Source: a virus
Lineage: Duplodnaviria; Heunggongvirae; Uroviricota; Caudoviricetes
DNA length: 37,548 nt
IMG/VR virus record: IMGVR_UViG_2636416131_000002
Direction: 5' to 3' (one strand)
Of this stretch, positions 6,635 through 15,528 are shown piece after piece. The notes under the pieces were generated by a model, which did not search any database, was not told the DNA's origin, and saw only the letters and a list, made by a program, of their open reading frames with translations. Numbering within the stretch: the stretch's first letter is position 1; every line of letters begins with the position of its first letter. A program made the position numbers and the translations under genes.

Positions 6635-7580
6635 ACGCCCACTGGTTATAAACACACAGCTTGCGATGAAGATTGGCTTAAATGAAGCCATTGTGTTGCA
6701 GCAGTTGCATTACTGGTTGAGAGATACCAATTCCGGCATGGAATGTGATGGTGTTCGCTGGATTTACAACACAACGGAACAATGGCTGGAACAGTTCCCA
6801 TTCTGGTCAGAGTCAACGTTAAAGCGCGCGTTTGCAAGTCTGAAAACGCTGGGGCTTTTGCGTTGTGAAAAGCTCAATAAATCAAAGCGCGATATGACCA
6901 ATTTCTACACGATCAACTACGGGAGCGAGCTTTTAGATGGTGGCAAATTGAGCGAATCCATCGGTTTAAAATGCGCCGCTCCATCAGGTCAAAATGACAC
7001 GATGGAAGAGGTCAAAATGAAACGCTCCATTGGTTCAAAACGACCCAATGTCATCGGGTCAAAATGGCCTGATGATCTTACAGAGAATACAACAGAGATT
7101 ACTACAGAGAATAAAAACACTTTTCGTCCGGAAGCTTCGCAACCGGACCCGCAGACCGCTGAACAGGATTTTTTAACCCGGAACCCCGACGCGGTTGTGT
7201 TTAGTGCGAAAAAACGCCAGTGGGGTAGCAGGGAGGATTTGGCGTGTGCGCAGTGGATTTGGGGGCGGATCGTGAACCTTTACGAACAGGCTGCCAGCGA
7301 CGATGGAGAGATCATGCGACCAAAAGAGCCTAACTGGACAGCCTGGGCCAATGACGTGCGCACAATGCGGATGCTGGATGGCAGAAGCCACAGACAAATT
7401 TGCGAAATGTTTGGTCGGGTACAGCGAGATCAATTCTGGGTAAAAAACATCATGAGCCCGTCAAAACTCCGCGAAAAATGGGACGAACTGGTCATCCGCC
7501 TGGGACGTTCACCTGTACAGCGTTGTGTGAATCATATTTCTGAACCGGATACAGAAATTCCGCCTGGTTTCAGGGGATAA
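6615..7580 (+). CDS. Phage replication initiation protein (O-like / replisome-organizer type) containing the iteron array
   Basis: N-terminal winged-helix-like region (LNEAIVLQQLHYWLRD…LKRAFASLKTLGLL) and internal DNA iterons at 6956-7065, the lambda O / ori arrangement. Start chosen at the ATG at 6615, overlapping the upstream gene. Confidence 0.65.
   Translation: MSLLFAERPLVINTQLAMKIGLNEAIVLQQLHYWLRDTNSGMECDGVRWIYNTTEQWLEQFPFWSESTLKRAFASLKTLGLLRCEKLNKSKRDMTNFYTINYGSELLDGGKLSESIGLKCAAPSGQNDTMEEVKMKRSIGSKRPNVIGSKWPDDLTENTTEITTENKNTFRPEASQPDPQTAEQDFLTRNPDAVVFSAKKRQWGSREDLACAQWIWGRIVNLYEQAASDDGEIMRPKEPNWTAWANDVRTMRMLDGRSHRQICEMFGRVQRDQFWVKNIMSPSKLREKWDELVIRLGRSPVQRCVNHISEPDTEIPPGFRG
6956..7065. 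repeat. Five iterons, consensus TCCATCnGGTCAAAATG, spaced 22-24 bp (candidate origin)
   Basis: Copies start at about 6956, 6980, 7003, 7025 and 7049, read directly; located inside the replication gene. Confidence 0.7.
7080..7113. repeat. Three ACAGAGAWTA repeats at 12-bp period in an AT-rich stretch next to the iterons
   Basis: ACAGAGAATA, ACAGAGATTA, ACAGAGAATA read directly; iterons followed by an AT-rich segment is the lambda ori pattern. Confidence 0.4.
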
Positions 7581-7620
7581 GTGTTGATTTTAGGGTATAA
7601 AGTAATGTTCAGGAGGACTT

Positions 7621-8040
7621 GTGGCAAAAGTTTTTACACAAGAAGAGCGGGAAAAAATTAAAGGGCAGGTGGTGGAACTCGTACGCCAGAGTGGGCGCGA
7701 GACGTTACGACAACTGGAAGCTAAAACTGGGGCAACAAGATATCTGATGAGCGTTCTGGCCAGAGAGCTGGTTGCCAGTGGCGATGTATACAGCTCTGGT
7801 TACGGGTTATTCCCGTCTGAACAGGCGCGTAAGGACTGGCAAAACGCCCGCAAAAAACTCTCGAGGGCAAAGGTGAAGAAACCTGCTGTGGTTGATCCGG
7901 ACCTTATCTGGTCATTACCTGACGGAGAAATACGTCGCTACGACAGTCGTCTAAACATAATCTGTCGCGAGTGCCGGAAGGCAAGGAGAAGCAGGCTATT
8001 GTTAACACCAAGCTGTAATGTCCCCTTTGAACCATTCTAA
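7621..8040 (+). CDS. Hypothetical protein, 139 aa, GTG start; 3' end may be altered by the adjacent insertion sequence
   Basis: Strong AGGAGG ribosome-binding site before GTG at 7621. Sits where a helicase loader would be expected, but no Walker motif is visible. ORF ends 34 nt before the transposase ATG. Confidence 0.5.
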   Translation: MAKVFTQEEREKIKGQVVELVRQSGRETLRQLEAKTGATRYLMSVLARELVASGDVYSSGYGLFPSEQARKDWQNARKKLSRAKVKKPAVVDPDLIWSLPDGEIRRYDSRLNIICRECRKARRSRLLLTPSCNVPFEPF

Positions 8041-9640
8041 AATGTCCCCAGACAATTCTCTGGGGGATTTTTCATGATCAAAGAGACTGTTACGATGAGT
8101 CATAAGGAACTCCACCGACTTCAGATTATTCAGGAGTCAATTAATCGACATATTACTCAGGAACAAGCTGCGGCACGCATTGGCATTTCTATTCGGCAGG
8201 TTAAACGTCTGGTGCAACGGTATAGAAATGAAGGGCCTTCTGGTCTGGTTTCCCACCGACGTGGAAAGCGTCCTAATAATTCCTTTTCTACTGAATTCAG
8301 AGCAACAGTAATTTCACTCCTCAAAGGCCGTTACGCTGATTTTGGACCTACGTTTGCGTGCGAAAAATTGCGCGAGATACACGGTTTATCTTTATCCGTT
8401 GAAACTCTCAGAAAGTGGATGATAGAAGAGGGGTTATGGCGTGAACGCCGTCGTAAAATTGCCCGTATATATCAACGCCGCATGCGACGACCATCTTACG
8501 GTGAACTGATCCAGATTGATGGCTCACCTCATGACTGGTTTGAAAATCGAGGCCCCAGATGTACACTGATCGTTTTCATTGATGATGCCACCAGTGCGTT
8601 GATGGCGTTGCGTTTTGTGCCTGCTGAAACAACCCGGGCTTACATGGAAACCCTCCGGGGTTACCTTAATGATCATGGCGTACCGCTCGCTCTCTACTCT
8701 GATAGACACAGTATATTCAGGGTAAATAACCCAGAGCGGGAAGGTGAGCTGACCCAGTTCACTCGTGCGATAAAGACACTGGGCATCGAGCCAATCCATG
8801 CCAACAGCCCGCAGGCAAAAGGGCGGGTAGAGCGCGCCAATCAGACACTACAGGACAGGCTGGTCAAAGAAATGCGGCTTCAGAATATCAGTGATATTGA
8901 AACAGCAAATGCATGGTTGCCGACCTTTATTGAAGCCTATAACAACCGGTTCGCTACGTCGCCTCGTACTACTGATAATGCTCATCTTGATGTGCACCAT
9001 TCTGAAGAGGAACTGGGTTATATCTTCAGCCTACAGGCGAAGCGCGTTCTGTCTAAAAATCTCACTTTCCAGTACAAAAGCAGTGCGTTTCAGGTACGCA
9101 GTGAGGGCCGGGGATATCGACTTAGGCATTCAGTTGTTACTGTATGTGAGAACTTTGACGGTGAAATTAACGTTCTGTATGACGGGAAAGCGCTGGGCTG
9201 GGAAAAGTATGTTGATGGCCCGGAGCCTATACCACTGGATGATGAAAAGAGTGTCCATGAACGAGTGGATAATGCCCGTATTGATTTACGCTCAAAATAC
9301 TATGTTAAATCTAAAGCTGACCATCCCTGCTTACGCGCCGAACGCAAAGTCATCAGTAAGTTAAGCCCCCGAAGTTACCTAAAAAGAAGCCTGATCCCGA
9401 TAAAATAGATTGAAACCAAGATCGATTCGGTTGAGTGCATATCCATTCATAGGGTAGATTCTTAAGTCGCGTTTCTGGTGTTCATTTTCGGGTGGTTTGT
9501 TACTTGTTTTACCGGGGATATGCCAGAAACGCGCTGAGTCAGTCTGGGCGGTGCGCGTAATGAGGCGTTATGGTAAATAGCCTATGCTAATGTCCGCTAA
9601 GAGCAAGAAGCGGAAGTTGGCAGTTTTGTGGACTGTCCCC
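8041..9640 (+). mobile_element. Insertion sequence carrying the 444-aa transposase; ends not resolved
   Basis: Transposase gene interrupts the replication / nin region. I could not identify terminal inverted repeats; TGTCCCCA occurs in direct orientation at 8043-8050 and 9634-9641 and might mark a target duplication. Boundaries are approximate. Confidence 0.3.
8074..9408 (+). CDS. DDE transposase (rve / integrase-core type), 444 aa, N-terminal HTH
   Basis: N-terminal HTH (ITQEQAAARIGISIRQVKRLVQRY), central integrase-core-like region with conserved D/E residues, size and layout typical of single-ORF IS481 / ISNCY-like elements. Family not resolved without search. Confidence 0.8.
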   Translation: MIKETVTMSHKELHRLQIIQESINRHITQEQAAARIGISIRQVKRLVQRYRNEGPSGLVSHRRGKRPNNSFSTEFRATVISLLKGRYADFGPTFACEKLREIHGLSLSVETLRKWMIEEGLWRERRRKIARIYQRRMRRPSYGELIQIDGSPHDWFENRGPRCTLIVFIDDATSALMALRFVPAETTRAYMETLRGYLNDHGVPLALYSDRHSIFRVNNPEREGELTQFTRAIKTLGIEPIHANSPQAKGRVERANQTLQDRLVKEMRLQNISDIETANAWLPTFIEAYNNRFATSPRTTDNAHLDVHHSEEELGYIFSLQAKRVLSKNLTFQYKSSAFQVRSEGRGYRLRHSVVTVCENFDGEINVLYDGKALGWEKYVDGPEPIPLDDEKSVHERVDNARIDLRSKYYVKSKADHPCLRAERKVISKLSPRSYLKRSLIPIK

Positions 9641-9808
9641 ACAAAAGTGACTACAGAAATAGTTGCAATTCATAATTGATCATGGGTTGTCAGTTAAACT
9701 CGTGGCGATTTAAATAGACTAATTGGGAGTGCGTCCATTACTTATATCTTGTAATGTTAACTATCAGAAATGATACAAAGATAATATGTCTTTAAAGAAA
9801 AGGCTGAT

Positions 9809-9835
9809 GGCGAAAAGTGGCCCGATGAGGGCCAC
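9809..9835 (-). terminator. Intrinsic terminator downstream of flxA
   Basis: Stem GTGGCCC / GGGCCAC with 5-nt loop, followed on the minus strand by TTTTCG. Confidence 0.6.
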
Positions 9836-9849
9836 AATACGGCTGTCAC

Positions 9850-10182
9850 TTAGACGTAAATATCAATGGTGCCAGCGGTATTTGTATCGTCTTTTTTCTC
9901 TTCTTTTTTATCAGGCTGAACTGTCGCGTCTTTATTCTTTTTCTCTGCCTGCTGCCTTAACAACTGCTCCAGTTGAGCCCTGAGGCTTTCAATTTGCTTC
10001 TGTACCAATGCAGCCATTTCTTTTTTCTGCTGTGTCGTCATCCCCTCTTCCGATGAGATTTTCCCAAGCTTTTCAGTCAGCACCTGAATTTGTCTTGTGA
10101 TTTTGGCTATTTCTGATGTTCCTTCCGGGGCGGAGTTGTTTGAAATAACGGTTGAGGTATTTCCCTGAATTGTGACAGACAT
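9850..10182 (-). CDS. flxA: FlxA (FliA-regulated protein), 110 aa
   Basis: MSVTIQGNTSTVISNNSAPEG…, coiled-coil rich, AGGAG ribosome-binding site, sigma-28 promoter directly upstream. Matches Qin flxA in length and sequence as recalled. Confidence 0.85.
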   Translation of the reverse strand: MSVTIQGNTSTVISNNSAPEGTSEIAKITRQIQVLTEKLGKISSEEGMTTQQKKEMAALVQKQIESLRAQLEQLLRQQAEKKNKDATVQPDKKEEKKDDTNTAGTIDIYV

Positions 10183-10205
10183 AGATTTCTCCTTTTAAAA
10201 AAGCA

Positions 10206-10232
10206 CTATCGGCATGCACAAAAAAATCTTTA
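10206..10232 (-). promoter_or_regulatory. Sigma-28 (FliA) class-3 promoter: TAAAGATT, 11 nt, GCCGATAG
   Basis: Minus strand reads TAAAGATT-N11-GCCGATAG against consensus TAAAGTTT-N11-GCCGATAA, about 25 nt upstream of the flxA ATG. Confidence 0.7.
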
Positions 10233-10384
10233 ATCGTATTTCTTGTGTCATTAATTGTTTGATGTTCAGATTGTTTTCCTCGCGGGCTGGCGCGCCTCAG
10301 AAAGTAAAGCTTGTTGACAGGGGTAAACGTTCGGCAATAATTTTCTGCCGCATGCGGGTGTTGCATAAAACGTGCTACGTTCCT

Positions 10385-10690
10385 TTATCGACAGGTCAGG
10401 TCACCACTCACCCGCCGACGAGAAAGCAACACTGACATGCTAAAGCAAAAAATAGATGAATAAGTTGAGTTGTGCATATGTAGCCTGACCGTCACAAAGT
10501 ATATGGTGTCTGTACCAGTAAGATGATGGCCGGACTCTTTAAAAACGAGCTGACCTGCACAATACAGGATGGACTTAGCAATGGCTGCTCCTGGCACAAA
10601 GCGGACAGTGATCACCGTTCTTACGACTACTTTCTGACTTCCTTCGTGACTTGCCCTAAGCATGTTGTAGTGCGATACTTGTAATGACAT
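10385..10690 (-). CDS. YdfV-like ORF, 101 aa
   Basis: Length equals K-12 ydfV and position (between flxA and relB) agrees. Composition is not strongly protein-like and it overlaps the relBE promoter region. Confidence 0.3.
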   Translation of the reverse strand: MSLQVSHYNMLRASHEGSQKVVVRTVITVRFVPGAAIAKSILYCAGQLVFKESGHHLTGTDTIYFVTVRLHMHNSTYSSIFCFSMSVLLSRRRVSGDLTCR

Positions 10691-10703
10691 TTGTAATTAC
10701 AAG
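10677..10703. promoter_or_regulatory. relBE operator: palindrome CTTGTAAT…ATTACAAG
   Basis: ACTTGTAATGACATTTGTAATTACAAGA read directly, 12 nt upstream of the relB ATG. Confidence 0.6.
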
Positions 10704-10714
10704 AGGTGTAAGAC

Positions 10715-10954
10715 ATGGGTAGCATTAACCTGCGTATTGACGATGAACTTAAAGCGCGTTCTTACGCCGCGCTTGAAAAAATGGGTGTAACTCCTTCTGA
10801 AGCGCTTCGTCTCATGCTCGAGTATATCGCTGACAATGAACGCTTGCCGTTCAAACAGACACTCCTGAGTGATGAAGATGCTGAACTTGTGGAGATAGTG
10901 AAAGAACGGCTTCGTAATCCTAAGCCAGTACGTGTGACGCTGGATGAACTCTGA
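10715..10954 (+). CDS. relB: RelB antitoxin, 79 aa
   Basis: MGSINLRIDDELKARSYAALEKMGVTPSEALRLMLEYIADNERLPF…; stop overlaps the relE start. Confidence 0.9.
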   Translation: MGSINLRIDDELKARSYAALEKMGVTPSEALRLMLEYIADNERLPFKQTLLSDEDAELVEIVKERLRNPKPVRVTLDEL

Positions 10955-11241
10955 TGGCGTATTTTCTGGATTTTGACGAGCGGGCACTAAAGGAATGGCG
11001 AAAGCTGGGCTCGACGGTACGTGAACAGTTGAAAAAGAAGCTGGTTGAAGTACTTGAGTCACCCCGGATTGAAGCAAACAAGCTCCGTGGTATGCCTGAT
11101 TGTTACAAGATTAAGCTCCGGTCTTCAGGCTATCGCCTTGTATACCAGGTTATAGACGAGAAAGTTGTCGTTTTCGTGATTTCTGTTGGGAAAAGAGAAC
11201 GCTCGGAAGTATATAGCGAGGCGGTCAAACGCATTCTCTGA
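10954..11241 (+). CDS. relE: RelE mRNA-interferase toxin, 95 aa
   Basis: MAYFLDFDERALKEWRKLGSTVREQLKKKL…RLVYQVIDEKVVVFVISVGKRERSEVY, translationally coupled to relB. Confidence 0.9.
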   Translation: MAYFLDFDERALKEWRKLGSTVREQLKKKLVEVLESPRIEANKLRGMPDCYKIKLRSSGYRLVYQVIDEKVVVFVISVGKRERSEVYSEAVKRIL

Positions 11242-11312
11242 ACCAAAGCATGACATCTCTGTTTCGCACCGAAGGTGACACTTCTGCTTTGCGTTGACAG
11301 GAGAAGCAGGCT

Positions 11313-11468
11313 ATGAAGCAGCAAAAGGCGATGTTAATCGCCCTGATCGTCATCTGTTTAACCGTCATAGTGACGGCACTGGTAACGAGGAAAGACCTCT
11401 GCGAGGTACGAATCCGAACCGGCCAGACGGAGGTCGCTGTCTTCACAGCTTACGAACCTGAGGAGTAA
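11313..11468 (+). CDS. hokD: HokD (RelF) Hok-family membrane toxin, 51 aa; below the ORF-track size cutoff
   Basis: Translated by hand: MKQQKAMLIALIVICLTVIVTALVTRKDLCEVRIRTGQTEVAVFTAYEPEE, third gene of the relBEF operon. Confidence 0.85.
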   Translation: MKQQKAMLIALIVICLTVIVTALVTRKDLCEVRIRTGQTEVAVFTAYEPEE

Positions 11469-11536
11469 GAGACCCGGCGGGGGAGAAATCCCTCGCCACC
11501 TCTGATGTGGCAGGCATCCTCAACGCACCCGCACTT

Positions 11537-11567
11537 AACCCGCTTCGGCGGGTTTTTGTTTTTATTT
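11537..11567 (+). terminator. Intrinsic terminator after hokD
   Basis: ACCCGC-TTCG-GCGGGT stem-loop followed by TTTTTGTTTTTATTTT. Confidence 0.8.
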
Positions 11568-11684
11568 TCAACGCGTTTGAAGTTCTGGACGGTGCCGGAA
11601 TAGAATCAAAAATACTTAAGTAGCGCGCAGGGATAAGAGGGATGGTCCCTTAAAGGGGAGAGCTAATTATCCGGAAGGATTCTG

Positions 11685-11936
11685 ATGATGAACATCGAAG
11701 AACTGCGTAAAATTTTTTGTGAAGATGGCCTCTATGCTGTGTGCGTTGAAAATGGAAATCTTGTTAGTCATTACCGCATTATGTGTTTGCGAAAGAATGG
11801 GGCTGCGTTAATTAATTTTGTGGATGCTCGGGTCACGGACGGATTTATCTTGCGCGAAGGTGAGTTTGTCACTTCATTACAGGCATTGAAAGAGATCGGA
11901 ATAAAAGCTGGCTTTTCTGCTTTTTCAGGAGAATAA
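11685..11936 (+). CDS. rem: Rem-like protein, 83 aa
   Basis: 83-aa ORF between the relBEF terminator and ydfU, matching the position and length of Qin rem. Confidence 0.6.
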   Translation: MMNIEELRKIFCEDGLYAVCVENGNLVSHYRIMCLRKNGAALINFVDARVTDGFILREGEFVTSLQALKEIGIKAGFSAFSGE

Positions 11937-12002
11937 ACTCATCTACAATCTTGCGCGGGGCTGAACTCCCGCTGAGTAACACCGTGCCACCGGAGAAAAC
12001 CG

Positions 12003-12281
12003 ATGGCACGCAACGCAAAATATTACAATTCTGATAATTCGCCCGTTCTTGCCTGCACGCACGGGCGGTATTCTCACGCATTCAAGTCTGAATGGTTCCA
12101 GCACCCTCCATGCACTGCAGAACAGGCCGAATGGCTGATTCATTCTTACCGCAGGCGCGGGTTCGAGGTTAAGAAAGCTCTCAGTCTCGACTATCGGCAC
12201 TGGATAATCTCTGTCAGGCTGCCTTATTCCGAACGCCCACCACGTGCGTCCCGCACTTTCCAGCAACGGATCTGGAGGTAA
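12003..12281 (+). CDS. Hypothetical small protein, 92 aa, translationally coupled to ydfU
   Basis: GGAGAAAA ribosome-binding site before the ATG; stop lies 1 nt before the ydfU GTG. No family recognised. Confidence 0.35.
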   Translation: MARNAKYYNSDNSPVLACTHGRYSHAFKSEWFQHPPCTAEQAEWLIHSYRRRGFEVKKALSLDYRHWIISVRLPYSERPPRASRTFQQRIWR

Positions 12282-12282
12282 C

Positions 12283-13332
12283 GTGCGGGTATTACTTAGA
12301 CCTGTTCTGGTGCCTGAGCTTGGGCTGGTGGTCCTTAAGCCGGGCCGTGAATCCATACAGATATTTCATAATCCTCGAGTGCTGGTGGAACCGGAACCAA
12401 AAAGCATGCGTAATCTGCCATCCGGAGTCGTTCCTGCCGTTCGCCAGCCGCTGGCGGAAGACAAAACATTGCTGCCGTTTTTTAGTAACGAACGGGTGAT
12501 TCGTGCTGCTGGCGGCGTTGGCGCATTGTCCGACTGGCTATTACGTCATGTTACATCCTGCCAGTGGCCTAATGGCGATTACCATCACACTGAAACAGTC
12601 ATTCACCGTTATGGTACCGGCGCAATGGTGTTGTGCTGGCACTGCGACAACCAACTGCGTGACCAGACATCGGAATCACTGGAGCTGCTTGCTCAACAAA
12701 ATCTGACAGCATGGGTGATTGACGTCATCCGTCACGCAATAAGCGGTACGCAGGAGCGGGAATTATCTTTGGCTGAATTATCCTGGTGGGCGGTCTGCAA
12801 TCAGGTGGTGGATGCACTACCTGAGGCTGTATCGCGTCGTTCGCTGGGATTACCAGCGGAAAAAATCTGCTCGGTGTACCGCGAAAGCGACATCGTACCG
12901 GGAGAGCAGACCGCCACCAGCATATTGAAACAACGCACAAAAAATCTTGCACCGTTGCCTTACGCCCACCAGCAACAAAAATCACCACAGGAAAAGACGG
13001 TGGTAAGCATCACCGTTGATCCAGAGTCTCCGGAATCTTTCATGAAGCTGCCTAAACGTCGCCGCTGGGTTAAGGAGAAATACACACGTTGGGTTAAGAC
13101 ACAGCCGTGTGCTTGCTGCGGTATGCCAGCCGACGATCCGCATCATCTGATTGGTCACGGGCAGGGCGGAATGGGAACAAAAGCACATGATCTCTTTGTG
13201 TTGCCTTTGTGCAGAAAGCATCACAACGAGCTGCATACGGATACAGTGGCATTTGAAGATAAGTATGGCTCCCAACTGGAGCTGATATTTCGTTTTATCG
13301 ATCGCGCGCTGGCAATTGGCGTACTGGCGTAA
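12283..13332 (+). CDS. ydfU: YdfU-like DUF968 protein, 349 aa, with C-terminal Cys/His cluster
   Basis: GTG start preceded by GGAGG gives 349 aa, equal to K-12 YdfU. C-terminal motif CACCGMPADDPHHLIGHGQGGMGTKAHDLFVLPLCRKHHNELH. Confidence 0.75.
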   Translation: MRVLLRPVLVPELGLVVLKPGRESIQIFHNPRVLVEPEPKSMRNLPSGVVPAVRQPLAEDKTLLPFFSNERVIRAAGGVGALSDWLLRHVTSCQWPNGDYHHTETVIHRYGTGAMVLCWHCDNQLRDQTSESLELLAQQNLTAWVIDVIRHAISGTQERELSLAELSWWAVCNQVVDALPEAVSRRSLGLPAEKICSVYRESDIVPGEQTATSILKQRTKNLAPLPYAHQQQKSPQEKTVVSITVDPESPESFMKLPKRRRWVKEKYTRWVKTQPCACCGMPADDPHHLIGHGQGGMGTKAHDLFVLPLCRKHHNELHTDTVAFEDKYGSQLELIFRFIDRALAIGVLA

Positions 13333-13345
13333 GTGGAGAACGAGC

Positions 13346-14098
13346 ATGAACCTTGAAGCCTTACCAAAATATTACTCCCCAAAATCTCCAAAATTGAGCG
13401 ATGACGCTCCAGCGACAGGCACCGGTTGTTTAACAATTACGGATGTAATGGCAGCGCAGGGGATGGTGCAGTCGAAAGCACCACTTGGGTTGGCCTTATT
13501 TCTGGCAAAAGTTGGTGTTCAGGACCCTCAGTTTGCGATTGAAGGCCTGCTAAATTACGCGATGGCACTGGATAACCCGACATTGAACAAATTGAGTGAA
13601 GAAATCCGGTTACAGATTATTCCTTACCTCGTGAGTTTTGCCTTTGCTGATTACTCCAGGTCTGCGGCAAGTAAGGCTCGCTGTGAGCATTGTTCAGGTA
13701 CGGGATTTTATAATGTATTGCGCGAAGTGGTGAAACACTACAGACGCGGGGAATCTGTAATCAAGGAAGAATGGGTGAAGGAACTATGTCAGCATTGCCA
13801 TGGTAAGGGCGAAGCCAGCACAGCGTGCAGAGGGTGTAAGGGTAAAGGGATTGTTCTGGATGAAAAAAGAACCCGGTTTCATGGCGTACCGGTATATAAG
13901 ATTTGTGGGCGTTGTAATGGAAACCGGTTTAGTCGTTTACCGACCACGCTGGCACGACGTCATGTCCAGAAGCTGGTACCAGACCTGACCGATTATCAGT
14001 GGTATAAGGGGTATGCGGACGTCATTGGTAAACTGGTAACAAAGTGCTGGCAGGAAGAAGCATACGCGGAAGCGCAATTGAGGAAGGTGACGAGATAA
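13346..14098 (+). CDS. quuQ: Late-gene antiterminator Q (phage 82 / 21 type), 250 aa
   Basis: MNLEALPKYYSPKSPKLSDDAPATGTGC… with zinc-binding CxxC pairs (CEHCSGTG, CQHCHGKG, CRGCKGKG, CGRCNG). GGAG ribosome-binding site; followed by a late promoter and terminator. Confidence 0.85.
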   Translation: MNLEALPKYYSPKSPKLSDDAPATGTGCLTITDVMAAQGMVQSKAPLGLALFLAKVGVQDPQFAIEGLLNYAMALDNPTLNKLSEEIRLQIIPYLVSFAFADYSRSAASKARCEHCSGTGFYNVLREVVKHYRRGESVIKEEWVKELCQHCHGKGEASTACRGCKGKGIVLDEKRTRFHGVPVYKICGRCNGNRFSRLPTTLARRHVQKLVPDLTDYQWYKGYADVIGKLVTKCWQEEAYAEAQLRKVTR

Positions 14099-14129
14099 AT
14101 GATTTTTGCTGAAGATGGCGACATGATGT

Positions 14130-14158
14130 TTGCATTTTTCAAAAAATATGGATAAAAT
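14130..14158 (+). promoter_or_regulatory. Late promoter (PR'-like): -35 TTGCAT, 17 bp, -10 TAAAAT
   Basis: Hexamers read directly, about 30 nt after the Q stop and about 50 nt upstream of an intrinsic terminator. Confidence 0.5.
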
Positions 14159-14203
14159 TTTTTCAATGATGGGCTTTGTATACCCGACGTTAAGAAAAAG
14201 TAG

Positions 14204-14234
14204 AAAACCCGCTGATGAGCGGGTTTTGTGCTTT
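14204..14234 (+). terminator. Intrinsic terminator (tR'-like) after the late promoter
   Basis: AACCCGC-TGATGA-GCGGGTT stem-loop followed by TTGTGCTTT. Confidence 0.75.
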
Positions 14235-14519
14235 AAATGGGGCAATGGTAATGTTGAATCTCATCCCGGGACTCATGTCTGTTAACTTATTATTTAGCTG
14301 GTGACTTGGTTATTTGCCTGATGTTTAAAATGTTTTCTTCCAGTACAATGTCCCTAAACACAATGAGTCTGCTTATTATATTATTAGCAGAGCTATTACG
14401 GCCAAAGTACAGCATAAGCTTTTAAAGCCAATCAACCAGTCATCAAGACAGACGGGGTTATTCATAAAAACTCTCCATGTGTGATCCGATGGGGCCTGAA
14501 ATTAAAGCTTTAATATAGC

Positions 14520-14732
14520 TCATGAAAGGTAAACATTGGCAGCTGAAGGGCCACGCAGACCATTTATCCGGCAAAATTCCACGCGTAATCCGGTGGTAAT
14601 TTCTTCTGCATCGCGGAGATTGAGCGCTGAAACATGAAGCTGGACATCGATACGACCATCGGATGGGGTGATAAGACCCTTGCCGCTTTTGCCGTCAAAG
14701 GTTTTGACAATTCCTGTCATTTTACGGGACAA
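14520..14732 (-). CDS. cspF: Cold-shock protein CspF, 70 aa
   Basis: [41 protein letters not shown]…, CspA-family fold. Confidence 0.9.
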
Positions 14733-15032
14733 AAAAATTCCTTAATACTGATAACTTGGCGCACTATACACACGTTCCTGAAGAAAGCTATAGTTTTTTG
14801 ATGGGGTTGAAGATGGCTGGATGTCTAAAATAAACATTGCTTCATATGTTCAACTATGCGTTAATGATTGCGTCGGTTTGAAGAACAGACGATATACGAA
14901 GTAGTTTACTAAAGCAGTTCTCATTTCAGGTGTTATTCATTTATTCCTTCTTTGAGTCTCTCCAATTAAGTACGAAGTCGTTTCTGTTATGCAAACCATT
15001 TATGCCGAAAGGCTCAAGTTAAGGAATGTAGA

Positions 15033-15248
15033 ATGTCAAATAAAATGACTGGTTTAGTAAAATGGTTTAACGCTGATAAAGGTTTCGGCTTTATTTCTCC
15101 TGTTGATGGTAGTAAAGATGTGTTTGTGCATTTTTCTGCGATTCAGAATGATAATTATCGAACCTTATTTGAAGGTCAAAAGGTTACCTTCTCTATAGAG
15201 AGTGGTGCTAAAGGTCCTGCAGCAGCAAATGTCATCATTACTGATTAA
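15033..15248 (+). CDS. cspB: Cold-shock protein CspB, 71 aa
   Basis: [71 protein letters not shown]. Confidence 0.95.
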   Translation: MSNKMTGLVKWFNADKGFGFISPVDGSKDVFVHFSAIQNDNYRTLFEGQKVTFSIESGAKGPAAANVIITD

Positions 15249-15528
15249 AATTCATCGCTCGTCTGTATACGATAACGAAGAAGGCTGATGCCTGAGTAGA
15301 GATACGGACAGAGTAGTGAATATTGGATTTCTTTAATAAAAATTAAGGAGGTCCAATACATGAAACAATGGCCAGCATATTTGGCAAAATCTTAATCAGG
15401 AAAAGTATGCTAACCATTGTGGTGAAGTGCAGGTTTGCTGCATGAATAGTTTTACAGCAGAAGCTAACTGCTGGCATGGCAAAACAAAGTGCGTAAGTGG
15501 ATGACTCCCACAAAAAGCACCACAATCT

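Noticed and set aside
8018-8060. Possible terminal inverted repeat of the insertion sequence (CCCCAGACAATTCTCTGGGG)
   Set aside because: It is a local 5-bp palindrome only; I found no matching inverted copy near 9409-9780, so the element ends stay unresolved.
9786-9983. Plus-strand 65-aa ORF overlapping flxA
   Set aside because: Antisense to a well-supported gene, arginine/leucine-rich junk-like composition, no ribosome-binding site.
11943-12356. Minus-strand 137-aa ORF spanning the rem-ydfU junction
   Set aside because: Overlaps two co-oriented plus-strand genes with good start signals; GC-rich antisense frame.
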